Shown: piece after piece, positions 51,045 to 64,000 of the stretch
How positions within the stretch are numbered: position 1 is the first letter of the stretch
How the letters are laid out: every line of letters starts with the position of its first letter
NCBI GenBank assembly: GCA_951406725.2
Contig: OX597833.1
Location: forward strand, 38,192,001 to 38,256,000
From: Octopus vulgaris
Lineage: Eukaryota
Reading direction: 5' to 3'
DNA length: 64,000 nt
Made by a program: the position numbers and the translations under genes
The notes under the pieces: generated by a model
Seen by the model: the letters and a program-made list of their open reading frames with translations, nothing else
Database searches by the model: none
Told to the model about the DNA's origin: nothing

Positions 51045-52766
51045 ATCAAGAGTTACTGTTACTGACTCATATTTCTGTATTCCTCTCCCCAATTACTTTA
51101 TTTTTTTAATGAATAAGCCACATCAAAGTATGACATACTGAAAAAGAGAGAGTGAGAGAAACAAATTTTTAAGAAAATGTAGTCAAGTCAGGAAAAATAC
51201 ATTCTGTATAATTTAAATTTAAAGCAACAATAAAAATACAGTTGTCCTGTTTCTCTGTTTCAATCTCATTAGTTTTCTCAATTTTATTCTATAGCACCCC
51301 CCCCAATCTTTTTTTTTTTTTTTTTTACCTCTCTCTCTACTTGTGCTAAGTAGAACAAAATTTCCCCCCGCTTTCACTAATGTATATATCTCTATTTCTT
51401 TTTTACCTCCCGGCATTTAGTGAACACATGCACAATAAATTTTATATGATTTGGGATAGGGTAGGAATTACTTTGATATATATGTACATAAGTTGTCAAT
51501 TATATATATATATACATATATATTGTTTGGCAATTCTAAAACATTTAAATTTAGATTTTTTTTTCATTACCATTACTTATACTTTGTTTTTCTCCCTTAA
51601 AAGAAAAAAACTAAAACATTGAGGTTTTTTTCATACAAATTTGAAACAAAACAATTTTAATTTTATCCAGTTATTTCATGAAAATTCACTTTTCTTTTTA
51701 ACCCCTACAAATATACATAGTTTTTGTTTTCTTTTACTGTTTTTTTTCTCTTTCATATGAAGCTGAATTGGGTAGTGGTATATTAAAACACGTCTATATA
51801 TTAATTAACATATACTTGTACATACATGTTTTAATTGCAAATGTACAGACATTGAGACATGCTTTTGTAGCATGAACATTTTGCCAGTTGGCAGAAACTG
51901 ACCCAATCTTAAAGTAGGGTGATGGGAAATATAACCCTTGATTTCACATTTTTTAACTTTTGATTTCATGTAATATTTCATGCTTTCCAATGATTTTATT
52001 TTATTATTATGTTTGATTTTTTTTGTTTGTTTTTTTGCATAAAACTTCATGAATGCTTAAAGGCTCTTAATGAATCCGATGAAAGTTGTACAGTATGTGT
52101 ATGTTAGAGAGTGAATGAACTCATGTGTATGTGTATCTTTGGCTATGTGTATACGTGCATGCTGAGTGATTTTAACTGTGATGTTTTACTACTTCAGTTG
52201 AGGTGTGCAAATGATTTTTTAATTTATTTCTTTCCTGGTGTTTAAATTTTTGATGATGATTGAATAAACAAATTCTGATAATTTTTGCAAGGAAAAATAA
52301 AATTTTAAAAATGTGTACCATATGACTTTGAGTTGAATCAATTTAATTTTTTTTCTTGAAATTTCATTAACCTTTTGGTATCAGGGGTGTAGTCACACAC
52401 TTTGACTGTCATTTTATACATGATAGATGTACAGGCAATACCAATGCGGTTTGTGTGTATGCATGTATATATATATATATATATATACATACATACATAC
52501 AATAGTGCAAGCATGGCTGTGTGGTAAGAAGCTTACTCTCCAACCATATTATTCCAGGCTCAATCCAACTGTGTGAAACCTTAGGCAAGTATCTTTTACT
52601 ATAGCCTCGGATTTGGTAGACAGAAGCTGAAAGATATATATATATATATATATATATCTGTATGTGTGTTATTGTGTCTGTTTGGCAACCAGTGTTAGTG
52701 TGTTTACATACCTATAACTGAGCAGTTTGGCAAAAGAGACTAAGTACCGGGCTTAAAAAAAGAAAG

Positions 52767-53628
52767 TAGTGGGTTGTCTGGAAAGTTTGTGTCGATTTTT
52801 AAAGGAAAGAAAAAGGTCAATAAATACTTGCCATTACATTTTTAATCAACCAAATATAAACCATTTTGTTGCACAATGTGTCTCCATCTTTCTTTTAACT
52901 TGAAAATACCCTCTTCCCAGAATTGAGGTGGTTTCATGGCAAAGAATTCATCAAGGTATCTTTTTACGGCATCAAAGGAATTAAAATTTTTACCATTAAG
53001 ACTATTCTGCAGAGACCTGAATAAGTGGAAATCCCAAGGAGCAATATCTGGTGAATATGGAGGGTGGGGTAACACATCCCAACTGAGCTGCAGCAATTTT
53101 TGTCTGGTTCCCAAAGAAATGTGCTGTCTTGCATTATCATGTTCGAAAACAATACCCTTCCTGTTGGCCAATTCTGTACGTTCCTCTTGAATTGCTGCTT
53201 TTAACTCGTCCAGTTGTGTGCAGTATTATCTCAGAATTAATTGTGTGTTTACTTAGGAGAAGCTCATAGTACAGAATTCCTTTCCAATCCCACCAGACAC
53301 AAAGCAAGACATTTTTAGGGTGAAGACCCGCTTTTGGGGTGGCTCATGTTGTTTACTCCAGGATCGCTTTCTCTGAACATTTCGGTAGTTATTCAAATCT
53401 CATCACCTGTCACAATTTGCTTTAAAAAAGGCGCGTTTTCATTCCGTTTATAAAGCGAATCACAAATGGAAATGCGATCCAAAAGGTTCTTCTCACTCAA
53501 CTCATGTGGTACCCAAACATCGTAGTGATTTGTGTACCCAAGCTTTACCAGGTGCTCTTGAACGACGGATTTTGATAGGTTGAGGCTTTCTGCCAATTCT
53601 TGGGTTGTGCAATGTGGGTTATTCTCAT
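52767..53628 (-). mobile_element. Mariner transposon remnant (mellifera-like), 5'-truncated
   Basis: Encodes WVPHELSEKNLLDRISICDSL..FLKQIVTGDE, HDNARQH and HPPYSPDIAPWDFHLFRSL (DD34D motifs). 3' TIR near 52767-52800. Confidence 0.9.
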
Positions 53629-53638
53629 ACCTCTAAAG

Positions 53639-53698
53639 CAGAATTTTTTCAGGGGCCCTTAAAATACTATTGTGGATCCCATATCTTGAGAACCACTG
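53639..53698. mobile_element. 60-bp mini hAT-like element
   Basis: cag...ttgagaaccactg flanked by ctctaaag / atctaaag. Confidence 0.6.
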
Positions 53699-55381
53699 AT
53701 CTAAAGTAAGGGAGATAACTCTAATTTAATCAACTAACTGAAAATTTTGAAAAACAAAAACTGCAGGTGGGAGTGGTTTTTAAAATGAATAATATTTCTG
53801 AATGATTAACAATAAGTCTTTTATCTGTTAAATCTTTTATCTTCTACTTCTTTCAGTCATTGAACTGTGACCAAGCTGGGGCACCACCATGAAGGGATTT
53901 AGCTGAATGAATCAAGTCCAGTGCTTACTCTATTGATCTCTAAACCTGAGTCACTGTTACAGGGATGTAAACGAACCAACACTGGTTGTCAAGGGGTGGT
54001 GGGGGATAACTACAAACCCAAAGACACATATATGCACAATAAGACTACTTTGAGTTGTCTACTCACAAAATTTTGTACACTCTGTGGCTATGGTAGATGA
54101 CACTTTCCCAATGCTACATGCAGTGGGACTGAACCTGGAACCATGTGGTTGGAAGCAAACTCCTTACAACACAGGCACCTATAATGATAGAATATTTTAA
54201 AAAATAAATATGGGGCTCTCCAGTTTATAAGCATTTTTAATTGGTTAATTTTTAATATTATGATATATCAGAGCCAATCTGTTCCTTTTTATTCTACATC
54301 CTCTTCTTTTTTCCCCTTAGGGGTAATCCACAGCATAAGACATATTGTGCACTCAAGACTGGAAAATCTTTCATCATTAATCCTTATATATGGCAAGGAC
54401 AACAGCTTCCTTAAATTTAATATTGCTTCACACTAGAATCCTCATACATAGATTAAAACTGGTACACAATCTTGATCCACAAGCTCACAAGGCAATCTCT
54501 GTATGATTGACTTGCTAGAATTAGCAACCAAGTTACCCTCAAATCAAACCTCTCTTAAAACAGGAAGTGTATGTTAGAAAATGTCCTCGATATCTCATAT
54601 CTGTTTCAGTCAACAGACTGTGGCCATGCTGGGGCACTGTCTTGAAGAATTTTTAGTCAAATGAATTGACCCCAGTACTTAATTTTTTAAAGCCTGGTAC
54701 TTATTCTATCAGTCTCCTTTTGCTGAACCACTAAATTATGGGGACATAAACAAACCAACATCAGTTGTCAAGTGGTGGTGGGGACAAACACAGACACAAA
54801 AACACATATATATGATGGGCTTCCTTCAGTTTCCATCTACCAATCTACTCAGGTGCCACACTGAGTTCAAATTCTTTTATTTAAGACAGCATTAGGGGTG
54901 TGATTTGAGGGAGATTAGGCTACTATTTCCATAGGTTGAGCAACCGTATAGAGGTTCTTTTATTGGCTTGTGTGTGTAGTTTGGTGGTTTCTTACAGTGC
55001 CAAGATTAATGAATTTATCTTCTCAGCAATGCATATCTATAATGAACAGATATGTAAATAGAACCTGAGCAACAGTTCCACAATATCAATACCAGCAACC
55101 CCATTCCACAAATGCAGAAATGTGAAAACATTTCCTAGCTCATACACACACTGGTTACCAAACCTGCCTGCATGTCTGCCTTGCTCTGCCCTAGTCAAAT
55201 AGGATGTGCTCCATTTCATTTATGGGGTGAATTAACTTCGTATCTGCCTTCACACTGTAACATACATGACAACTATTACACAATGGATATGTGCCAACTG
55301 ATGGTATTGCTATTTTTGTCTTGCAAGTTGTTTACTGGTAGCTTTCTGTTTGCCAAGAAAGCATGTACATGTATGTGTGTG

Positions 55382-55422
<41 letters not shown>

Positions 55423-55579
55423 ATACACAAACACTTATATATTAGCTTCTTTGTGTATCATTGCACAGATCATATAAGATTGTTTCTATTTGTTTTCAGT
55501 TATCTAAAAGTTATTGCACAATTGCAGACTGAAGCTAAAGCATCTGTTCTTTTGTTTAATAGATAAAGACTTAAGTGGC

Positions 55580-56225
55580 TCTTGTTGAAGTATTTAGCAA
55601 CAGCCCTTTACATTCAGAGTTCAAGTAATACTAAGGCTGACTGTCCCTTTCATCCTTCTATGGTTGATGAAATAAAGTACCAGTCAAGTACTGGGGTTGA
55701 TGGTGTGAAAACCCCATTGCTCAAAACTGTTGGCCTTGTGCCTAAATCAGAAACCATTATTATTATTAGTAGTATTATGGCAGTGAGCTGGCAGAAACAT
55801 TAGCACACCAGGCAAAATGTTTGTCCTTATGTTCTGAGGTCAAATTCCACCATGGTTGACTTTGCCTTACATCCTTCTGGGGTCATTGAAATGAGTACCA
55901 GTTGAATGCTGGGGCTGATGTAATTGACTTACCTCCTCCTCTGAAACTGCTGGTCTTGTGCCAAAATTTGAAACTACCACTACTACTACTACTGCTGCTG
56001 CTGCTACAACAAAGGTGATGAACTGACAGAATCATTACTGTGTCAGGCAAAATGCTTAGCGGCATTTCATCTGTCTTTACATTCTGAGTTCAAATTCCAA
56101 TGTGGTTGACTTTGCTTTTCATCCTTTCAGGGTGGACAAACTAAGTACCAGTTGAGTACAGGGGTTGACGTAACTATCAATAACCTTCCCCACCAAATTT
56201 CAGGCCTTGTGCCAGTAGTAGAAAA
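55580..56225 (+). mobile_element. Tandem triplet of family B SINEs
   Basis: Three head-to-tail copies with gcctttcatcct-type cores, separated by (ATT)n and (ACT)n/(GCT)n. Confidence 0.8.
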
Positions 56226-56392
56226 CATTATTTTTACATGTGAGTAAAAGTGTTGGTATTAGAAAGGGTACCCAGTGGTAAAAATATTACCTCAGAAAGT
56301 CCCATCCAACCTATGCCAGCATAAAAATTTGAACATCATCATGATTATTATCATCATTTAATGTCTGTTTTCTATGCTGGCATGGGTTGCAG

Positions 56393-57162
56393 TATAGAGG
56401 GGTGAGTTGGGCATCATCTTTGAGAAAAACAGCACCATAACACAATTCCCTTTGCCAGAAATTAGGAAACGACATGCAATACTGCTTGGCATTTGCACCG
56501 GATGCTCCAATATGAACATTTCAGAGTGTTTGAGTGTCAATTTGAGAACAACGCATGTACCAAGAGGAATAAAAATCAAACATCCTGTCAACATCATAGT
56601 GTTTGGAGTGATCCCTAGTGATGGTGATGTTATGCCTCCATTCATCTTCCCATGCAGCCTCAGACTCAATACGGAGGCCTACTTCAAATGCCTGGGGGAG
56701 GTAATGCTGCCTTGGGTCAAGAGAGCAGCTGGCAACAGGATTGCCACATGCCGCACAAGCAGGAGAACCCAGTCGTGGCTATCAGACAATTTCTGCGACC
56801 ACATCACCTCTAACATCAGGCCACCTAACTCCCCAGACTGCAGTCCCCTTGATTATTGTGTGGGGCACAGTTGAGCGAGAGACCAACAAAACTCCTTGGA
56901 ACACCAAAGATGAACTGAAGGCAAAGATTACGGTATCATTCACCAACTTTAACAAAGAGACTGTCCAGAAGAGTTGCAGGAGATTCCAAAGTCATCTGGA
57001 ACCTGTGGTTGAAGCCAATGGCGATTTTATTGAATAAATTTACTTTTTAGTATTTCAAGATATTTTTATGCAATTTTGGTAAATATATCTGTTAAAATGA
57101 GATGTCAGTGTTATTTTCATTTTTGTGTAATTTAGATGACAATATATTCATTGCACTCTGTA
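56393..57162 (+). mobile_element. Internally deleted maT/DD37D-like element (second copy)
   Basis: Encodes KHPVNIIVFGVIPSDGDVMPPF..PPNSPDCSPLDY..WGTVERETNK..VVEANGDFIE*. Same 3' end as 30200-31003. Confidence 0.85.
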
Positions 57163-60100
57163 TATATATATGTAACAGGTTCCATACAGTTTCTGTCTAC
57201 AAGATTCATTCATAGAGCCAAACAACCTATCAGCGTCTACCTGGTTAGGGGAAGTGCAGGCAGTAAAATTAACAACTAAAGTACATGCACTGACCAGCTA
57301 ATGAGAGAGCTTCTGCATGGTTTATCAAATTGCTAGAACAAACAATCAAATTACACTCTGTTTTATTGAAAAAAAAAAAATAGTGGTCAGAATTTCTGGC
57401 TTTCATCCGAACAGCTTGAATTCAATTTCAGGCATGGTTGTGTGGTAAGAAGTTAGTTTCCCAACCACATAGTTCCAGTTTCAGTCCCACTGCATGGCAC
57501 CTTGGGCAAGTGTCTTTGCTTATAACCTCAGACCAACTAAAGCCTTGTGAGTAGATTTGGTAGGGAAAATTGAAAGAAGCCTGTCTTATATATATATACA
57601 TGAGCACTCAGCACAATCTGTAAAGTGGTTAGTGTCAGGAAGGGCATCCAGCTGTAGAAACCAGCCAAATTGAACTGGAACCTGGTGCAGCACTGGTCAA
57701 ATCATCCAACCCATGGCAGTACGGAAAACAGACGTTAAAGGATGATGATGATGATGTGTCTATGTGTGTTTTCCACCTCCACTGCTTGATAACCAGTGTT
57801 GGTTTGTTTACATCCCTGTAACTTAGCGGTTTGGCAAAAAACACTAACAGGATAAGTACCAGATTAAAAAAAAAAATACACTAATAAAACCCTTGAAGGT
57901 AGTACCCCAGCATGGCCACAGTCCATTAACTGAACTAAGTAAAAGGTACAAAAATTTTGCATATATTTAATCCTAGATATACTACCTTTTTTATTTTTTA
58001 CTTGTTTCAGTCATCAGACTGCAGCCATGCTGGGGCACCGCCTTGAAAAATTTTTAGTCAAATGAAGTGACCCCTTATTTTTTTGTCAAGCCTGGTACTT
58101 ATTTTGTCAGAGTCTTTTGTTGAACTGCTAAGTTACAGGGATGTAAACACACTTGTCGTTAAGCAGTGGTCGGGGACAAACACACATATACACAGTCGGC
58201 TTCTTTCTGTTTCCATCTACCAAATTGGCTCACAAGCCTTTGGTTGACTTGAACAGTTGTCCAAGATGCCACGAAGTGGGACTGAACCCAAAACGATGTT
58301 GTTTGGATGCAAGCTTCATATCACACAGTCACACCTGCGCCTATATCAGCAAAAAAATTTTTTAATGATAGGATATTTACATCTGGGTAAAACAACAGAC
58401 ACATGTTACAATGAAAATGGCTGGTTGTTCAGTTACTATTAGCCCTAGATTCACCTATGCCACATTACCATTGAAAATATTTGTTAATTCCTTTCTGTTG
58501 GACCTTCCCTTAACAGTAAAAATGGGTAGTGTGTCTCAAACAGTACATTGCAATGTGTACATAGGCGTACTGTGGATTTTTTAAACATAGTTTTGGTCCC
58601 TGAAAAATCCTTATTAATGATGTTTGACCATCTTGCGTAATTCATAAGCCCAACATATGTGTGAGTGTGTGTGTGTTTGTGTCTGTCCTCACCACTGCTT
58701 GACAGCCAGTGTTGGTTTGTTTATGTCCTCATAACTTAGTGATTTGGTAAAAGAGATCAATAGAAGTACCAGACTTTACAGAAATAAGTGCTGGCGTCTG
58801 TTTGTTTGACTAAACCCCTCAAGGCAGTGCACCAGAATGGCCACAGTCCACTGACTGAAATACATAAAAGATATCAGACAAACAGGATTAATAAAACAAG
58901 ATAAGCAATAGTTTTCTTCTTTTTTTTTTTGGTTTTCTCTAAATTTCTTACTTTAAAAGTTTTAAAAACTTTCCATGCAAGGACGTCACTAATGTTTTAT
59001 TCAGATAACTGTGTCAATATAAAACAGGTTGACTATTTGGGCCCTGATATGGCTGGTTTAAACATCAAAAGGTTAATATGCCATGAACTACAAAACAAAA
59101 AAGATTGAGAATAAACCAATTTAGGATTTCATTGGGTAAAAAACAGATTAAAAAAAAATATTTTACACCAGAATATGAAGATGGGATAAGTCTCAATTAG
59201 GCAAACATTGGTTATTAGATAATGATAATCAATTTCAGGGAGTAGGTTACTGTAAACTTAGTGTTACTCACAAATGCAACCATACGAAAATAATGAAATC
59301 TCTCTTACTTATTCCAGTATCATTTTTATTGATCAAGGTGAGTTGAAAGGTTAAGTTGACCTCCGCTTGAGTTAAATATAGAAAGTAAGCTATCAGACAG
59401 TTCTACAATTACAGTTCTAGACCAGTTCTGTTTCTATCACTGGTCTATTGTTCTTCTGCATTGTCCTGGATGTTTTTGACAAACATCACTGTTCAGCAAA
59501 CTGGTCTGCATTGACTATGTTATTGCTAAAGTTAGGTCTTAAAAATTGTGTAGTCTTAGTAATTTACACAGAAAGGAGTTGACTTATGTACATAGAAGCT
59601 ACTTCTCTGATTGGACTGCAACTCAAAAAAGTATGTGGGAAGAATGAGTTCAAATCATAAAATCCAGATGGCTTATCTCGATCTTAATGTAAATGTATTA
59701 GAGGAAGACAGACAAAAAGCAATCAGTCACAGAAGGCTTTGATGTGTATGAAGAACATTGTCATGGCAACATGGTGTTACAATATCTTAGTTAATTTACA
59801 AAACAGAAAATGAGATAAGAATCAGTTGCAAAGAAGGAATTTTATGCATTATCCTGTATCAAGTATAAAGTCTGTCAGATAGAAAAAACTGAATATATAT
59901 TTGAGGAAAGAAAGAAGCTATACTTAATGTTAAAGAGTTTTGCAAAGTTGAAAGTATAATCATATACTAAACTTGCTAAAGTGATAGCAACTGATGAAAT
60001 AAATATACATAACTGTATATTTGTAGGTGTATATACATTATATATAGAGAGAGGTTTATATTGGAAACTGTTATTCTCATGAGACATGAACATTTACAAA

Positions 60101-60403
60101 AAGGTGTTAGAGTGTTATATTTCAAGTAACTGGAAACCAGTAAGTCCAGCCTGAACTGTTAGATGTGAGACAAAAATGCTGAGTAAACTGCTAAATTGAA
60201 GGAAACCAAAGGTAGTAATGTGGGACTATAGCAATGAATCACTTGTTGAATTGCAGCACAAACACCAAATAAGATTATCCCTTTCTGTTTCATTACATAA
60301 TTACAATAATTATTTTACTTAAGCAGTTAATAAATGCAGGAAAATTTTCTCAACTTTCAGGGTTGTGGTTGTACAGTAAGAAATTTGCTTCCCAGCCACA
60401 TGG

Positions 60404-60442
<39 letters not shown>

Positions 60443-60445
60443 CAT

Positions 60446-60802
60446 GGTGGCACTCCATCGGTTACAATGATGAGGGTTCAAGTTCAATGGAACAGCCTGC
60501 TCGTGAAATTAACATACAAGTGGCTGAGCACTCCACAGACATGTGTACCCTTAATGTAGTTCTCGGGGAGATTCAGCGTGACAAGGCTGGCCCTTTGAAA
60601 TACAGGTACAGCAGAAAGAGAAAGAGTGAGAGAAAGTTGTCGTGAAAGAGTACAGCAGGGTTGGCCCCCCCCCCCCCCTGCCGGAGCCTCGTGGAGCTTT
60701 AGGTGTTTTTGCTCAATAGACACAACACCTGGTCTAGGAATCGAAACTGCAATCCTACAACCACAAGTCCGCTGCCCTAACCACTGGGCCATTGCGCCTC
60801 CA
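60446..60802 (-). mobile_element. tRNA-derived SINE (fourth family)
   Basis: Reverse strand begins ggaggcgcaatggcccagtggttagggcagcg..gtttcgattcc (Pol III A/B boxes), followed by a ttgagcaaaaacacct core. Confidence 0.75.
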
Positions 60803-60810
60803 TTGATATA

Positions 60811-61187
60811 CACTTGCGTCAGAAATTAATTAGCACTTCTCAAATTTCTACATTAAATAGGTTAAATCAATTAACCTATGAGCTGTTCAAAACGTCTTAC
60901 GCAATGAGAAAACTTAGTATGGTGTGATTTCGGTCCTTGCGAGGCGCTACCTATATCTATTAAACAAAGGAAGATTTGTCTGCATCCGCACTCCAATTTG
61001 TTGCACTGCTATGTCAACATCATAAGGCTGTAGACTCTCAAACTGCTCTGCAAACAAAGTTACGTCATCGTTCTGCGCAACAGTGAACTCGAAACAAAGC
61101 AATAGTTCGAGATATGGCCACTAGGTGACAGCACATACCTTGAGTGAAGAGCAAATCAAGGGTGCTAATTAATTTCTGACAGTAGTG
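60811..61187. mobile_element. Tc1/mariner-type MITE (26-bp TIR, TA TSD)
   Basis: TA-cacttgcgtcagaaattaattagcac ... gtgctaattaatttctgacagtagtg-TA. Confidence 0.85.
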
Positions 61188-64000
61188 TATATATATATAT
61201 AAACACACCCACACCAACATCAGTTGTCAAGCAGTAGTGGGGACAAATACATACACACACTATAGCTTTGTGAGTGGATGTGGTAGACAGAAACTGAAAG
61301 AATCTCATCAAATATATATATATGTGTGTGTCTTTGTGTATGTGTTTGTCTCCCACCACTGCTTGACAACTGGTGCTGGCGTGTTTATGTCCCCACCACA
61401 TAGTGGTTCAGCAAAAGAGACCAATAGAATAAGTACCAGACTTTACAAAAAAAAAAAAAAGAACAGGGGTTGATTCGTTTGACTAACATTCTTCATGGCA
61501 GTAACCCAGCATGGCCTCAGTTTTATGATGGAAACAAGAAATAAAAGATATACGTTCAGACATAGTTGAGCATTTAAGAAGTTTCCTGTGCAACCACATG
61601 GTTTTGAGTATGAACCCACTATTACTGTGGCCTTAGTTTGCCCAACACCATAGGTATGAAATTTCACAGATGGTAACTGTGCAGAAGCCTGCTCTATATG
61701 TGTATATTGGTAAGGAATTACCAATAAATTAGTTCATAAAACAAAAGTGTCTTATGGAATCTATTCAATACAAGTTGCTTCCTTTTGTGAGGAAGAGAAA
61801 TTAACTATTCCATAGAGATTGATAAATTAAATTCCAGACAATGTACTGGGTTCAATATAATTGACTAAACTACCTTGAAGATGATGCCCCAACAAACAGC
61901 AGTTACAAGACTGAAAATAGTGAAAGCATGATATATTATGTTGTGGTTGCATGCGTCTTGCTCAACTAACAATAATTTTCATCAATATTTGACAGAAGTT
62001 ATTTTGTCACGAACTGGTATAATTTAGAAAAACTATAAAATATATTTCAGATAAATTTTAAAAAAAAGGATTTTTCTTTTGTTTTACTGAGTAATAATTG
62101 ATTAAACGTTTGGATTTATTAGCATCAGTTGTTTCTGTCAAGAAACCAGAGGAAATGATCTAGAAATCACAGACAAAACAAGTTGGAAATTATGCTTTTA
62201 GTGTTTTTTATGGTTTCATCAGAGGAGAAAAGGCCAACACTTCTGTCTTTTTTTACCTTTTGTCAGGGTCTCCAGGACTGACTGGGGAAAGGTAGAAAGT
62301 TATCTTAAGACTGGAGATCAGGTATAGATGCTTGCAACAGAATGAACACCACTAAAGACACCCATGGCCCAAGAGGTTATGTTAAACTGGGTGACAGATT
62401 AAGTCTGCCACCCCAAAACAGGAATTTTTGCGGTTTCTAACAAACTTCACTCACAAGTCTTTGGTTGACACAACACTATGGTAGATGAGACTTATTCAAG
62501 ATGCTACACAGTAAAATTAAACCAAAAGTTACCTATTTGTGAAGTAAACATTTTAATCACATATCATGGTAGATGAAGGAACATTGGTAGGGATGCACAA
62601 CAAACCTTCAATGGTGTCAAAATGACCCAGCAATGTCATCATAATCTAATTCTTCCAGGTTAAAACAGAGAAAGTATGCAGTTTTAATAGACTGTTGTCC
62701 ATAAATAAAGAATTTGGTTGACATGACAATAAATATCATGTTGTCAAGTCCATATGTTTGTCTTAGTTCACAAGTAGGCCATACATAAATCTTTACTTTA
62801 AACAGGGCAAACAGTTGAAAAGGTAACATTTGCTTCAACTTCTAAATAATGGTAATGTCCAAACTAGTTATTATTTCCATGTCTTGAATTTTGTCTGATT
62901 AATAAACCAGGTTTTTTTGTTTTTTAAAAAAAACCTTTAATCCATGGTCCATTACTGGTATGCATTTAGGAATTATTTTTATTTTTATTTATGGATGTGA
63001 TCCTACATGTTTCTTGGGTTGGTGATTTTAAATATCTAAACCATTTTGCTCTATCACATAAAGCTTTTTAATAAAATACAAATTAATGATAATAAAAAAA
63101 ATGTGAACTTTTAATGAATTCTTACTTTATTAAAATGAAAAATGACTAGTGACTGAGACTTTTGGAAATATGTTGTGCTTGAGAAGATCCGGCAAGCCAA
63201 ATGAGATCATAACCAGTGGCCTATGCCAGGGGTGTAACTAGCCCACTTATGCGTACCTTTCCTTCAGTGGACACTAAACTCTGCTTGCGAAGACCTGTTG
63301 AAGCAAGTGAAATTGAAATCAAATTTGATGACTGGCATCCGAGCTAGTGTAGCGCTAAGAGCACCATCCGAGCATGATCATTGCCAGAGCAGCTAACTGG
63401 CTTCCATGCCGGTGGCATGTAAAAAGCACCATTCGAGCATGATTGTTACCAGCATTGCCATATCGGCATTTGTGCCAGTGGCACATGAAAAAACATTTGA
63501 GCAGGGTAATTGCCAGTGCTGCTGGACTGCCTCTTGTGCAGGTGGCACATAAAAAAACACCATTTGAGCGTGGCCATTGCCAGTACTGTCTGACTGGCCC
63601 TTGTGCCAGTGGCACATAAAAGCACCCACTACACTGTTGGAGTGGTTGGCGTTAGAAATGACATGCAGCTGTAGAAACTCTGCCAGATCAAGACTGGAGC
63701 CTGGTGTAGCCATCTGGTTTGCCAGTCCTCAGTCAAATCGTCCAACCCATGCTAGCATGGAAAGCGGATGTTAAATGATGATGGTGATAATGAGACAAGT
63801 AACCATGGAAAAGTATATTCTGCTAGTTTTAAGGACATATGTATTCCAAATCAACATGAAATGAATAATGAATCATCAACATCAGATCAAATGAATGTTA
63901 AAAAAATATATGCTCCTAATGGTTGATTCAAATGAAAGAGGACCGCTTTGAATTTCGCTTGTGTTGTACATCTAGGCCATCACATGTCAATGACGAGCAG

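Noticed and set aside
59572-59630. Possible plus-strand exon (KELTYVHRSYFSDWTATQK)
   Set aside because: Weak pyrimidine tract and no recognisable protein similarity.
62267-62321. Possible plus-strand exon (VSRTDWGKVESYLKTGDQ)
   Set aside because: Good acceptor, but no recognisable homology or gene context.

Overview
Eukaryotic, AT-rich, repeat-dense genomic DNA. The SINE/LINE/MITE complement looks like an octopod cephalopod (inference). The only host gene I can support is the 3' part of nicastrin (gamma-secretase subunit) on the + strand. Five ectodomain exons (1228-1417, 2702-2789, 9056-9201, 19819-19921, 23460-23563) splice in frame through GT-AG introns. They are followed by two separate, intact, paralogous phase-0 terminal exons (36026-36148 and 39482-39592), each encoding a full nicastrin-type transmembrane helix and a different cytoplasmic tail. 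This apparent exon duplication with alternative last exons is the main finding. The rest is intronic or intergenic: tRNA-derived and Nin-type SINEs, RTE and CR1-like LINE remnants, mariner and maT relics, piggyBac-, hAT- and Tc1-like MITEs, fold-back palindromes and microsatellites. Most ORFs in the supplied track are spurious. Repeat boundaries are approximate, and family names come from recalled motifs rather than database searches.
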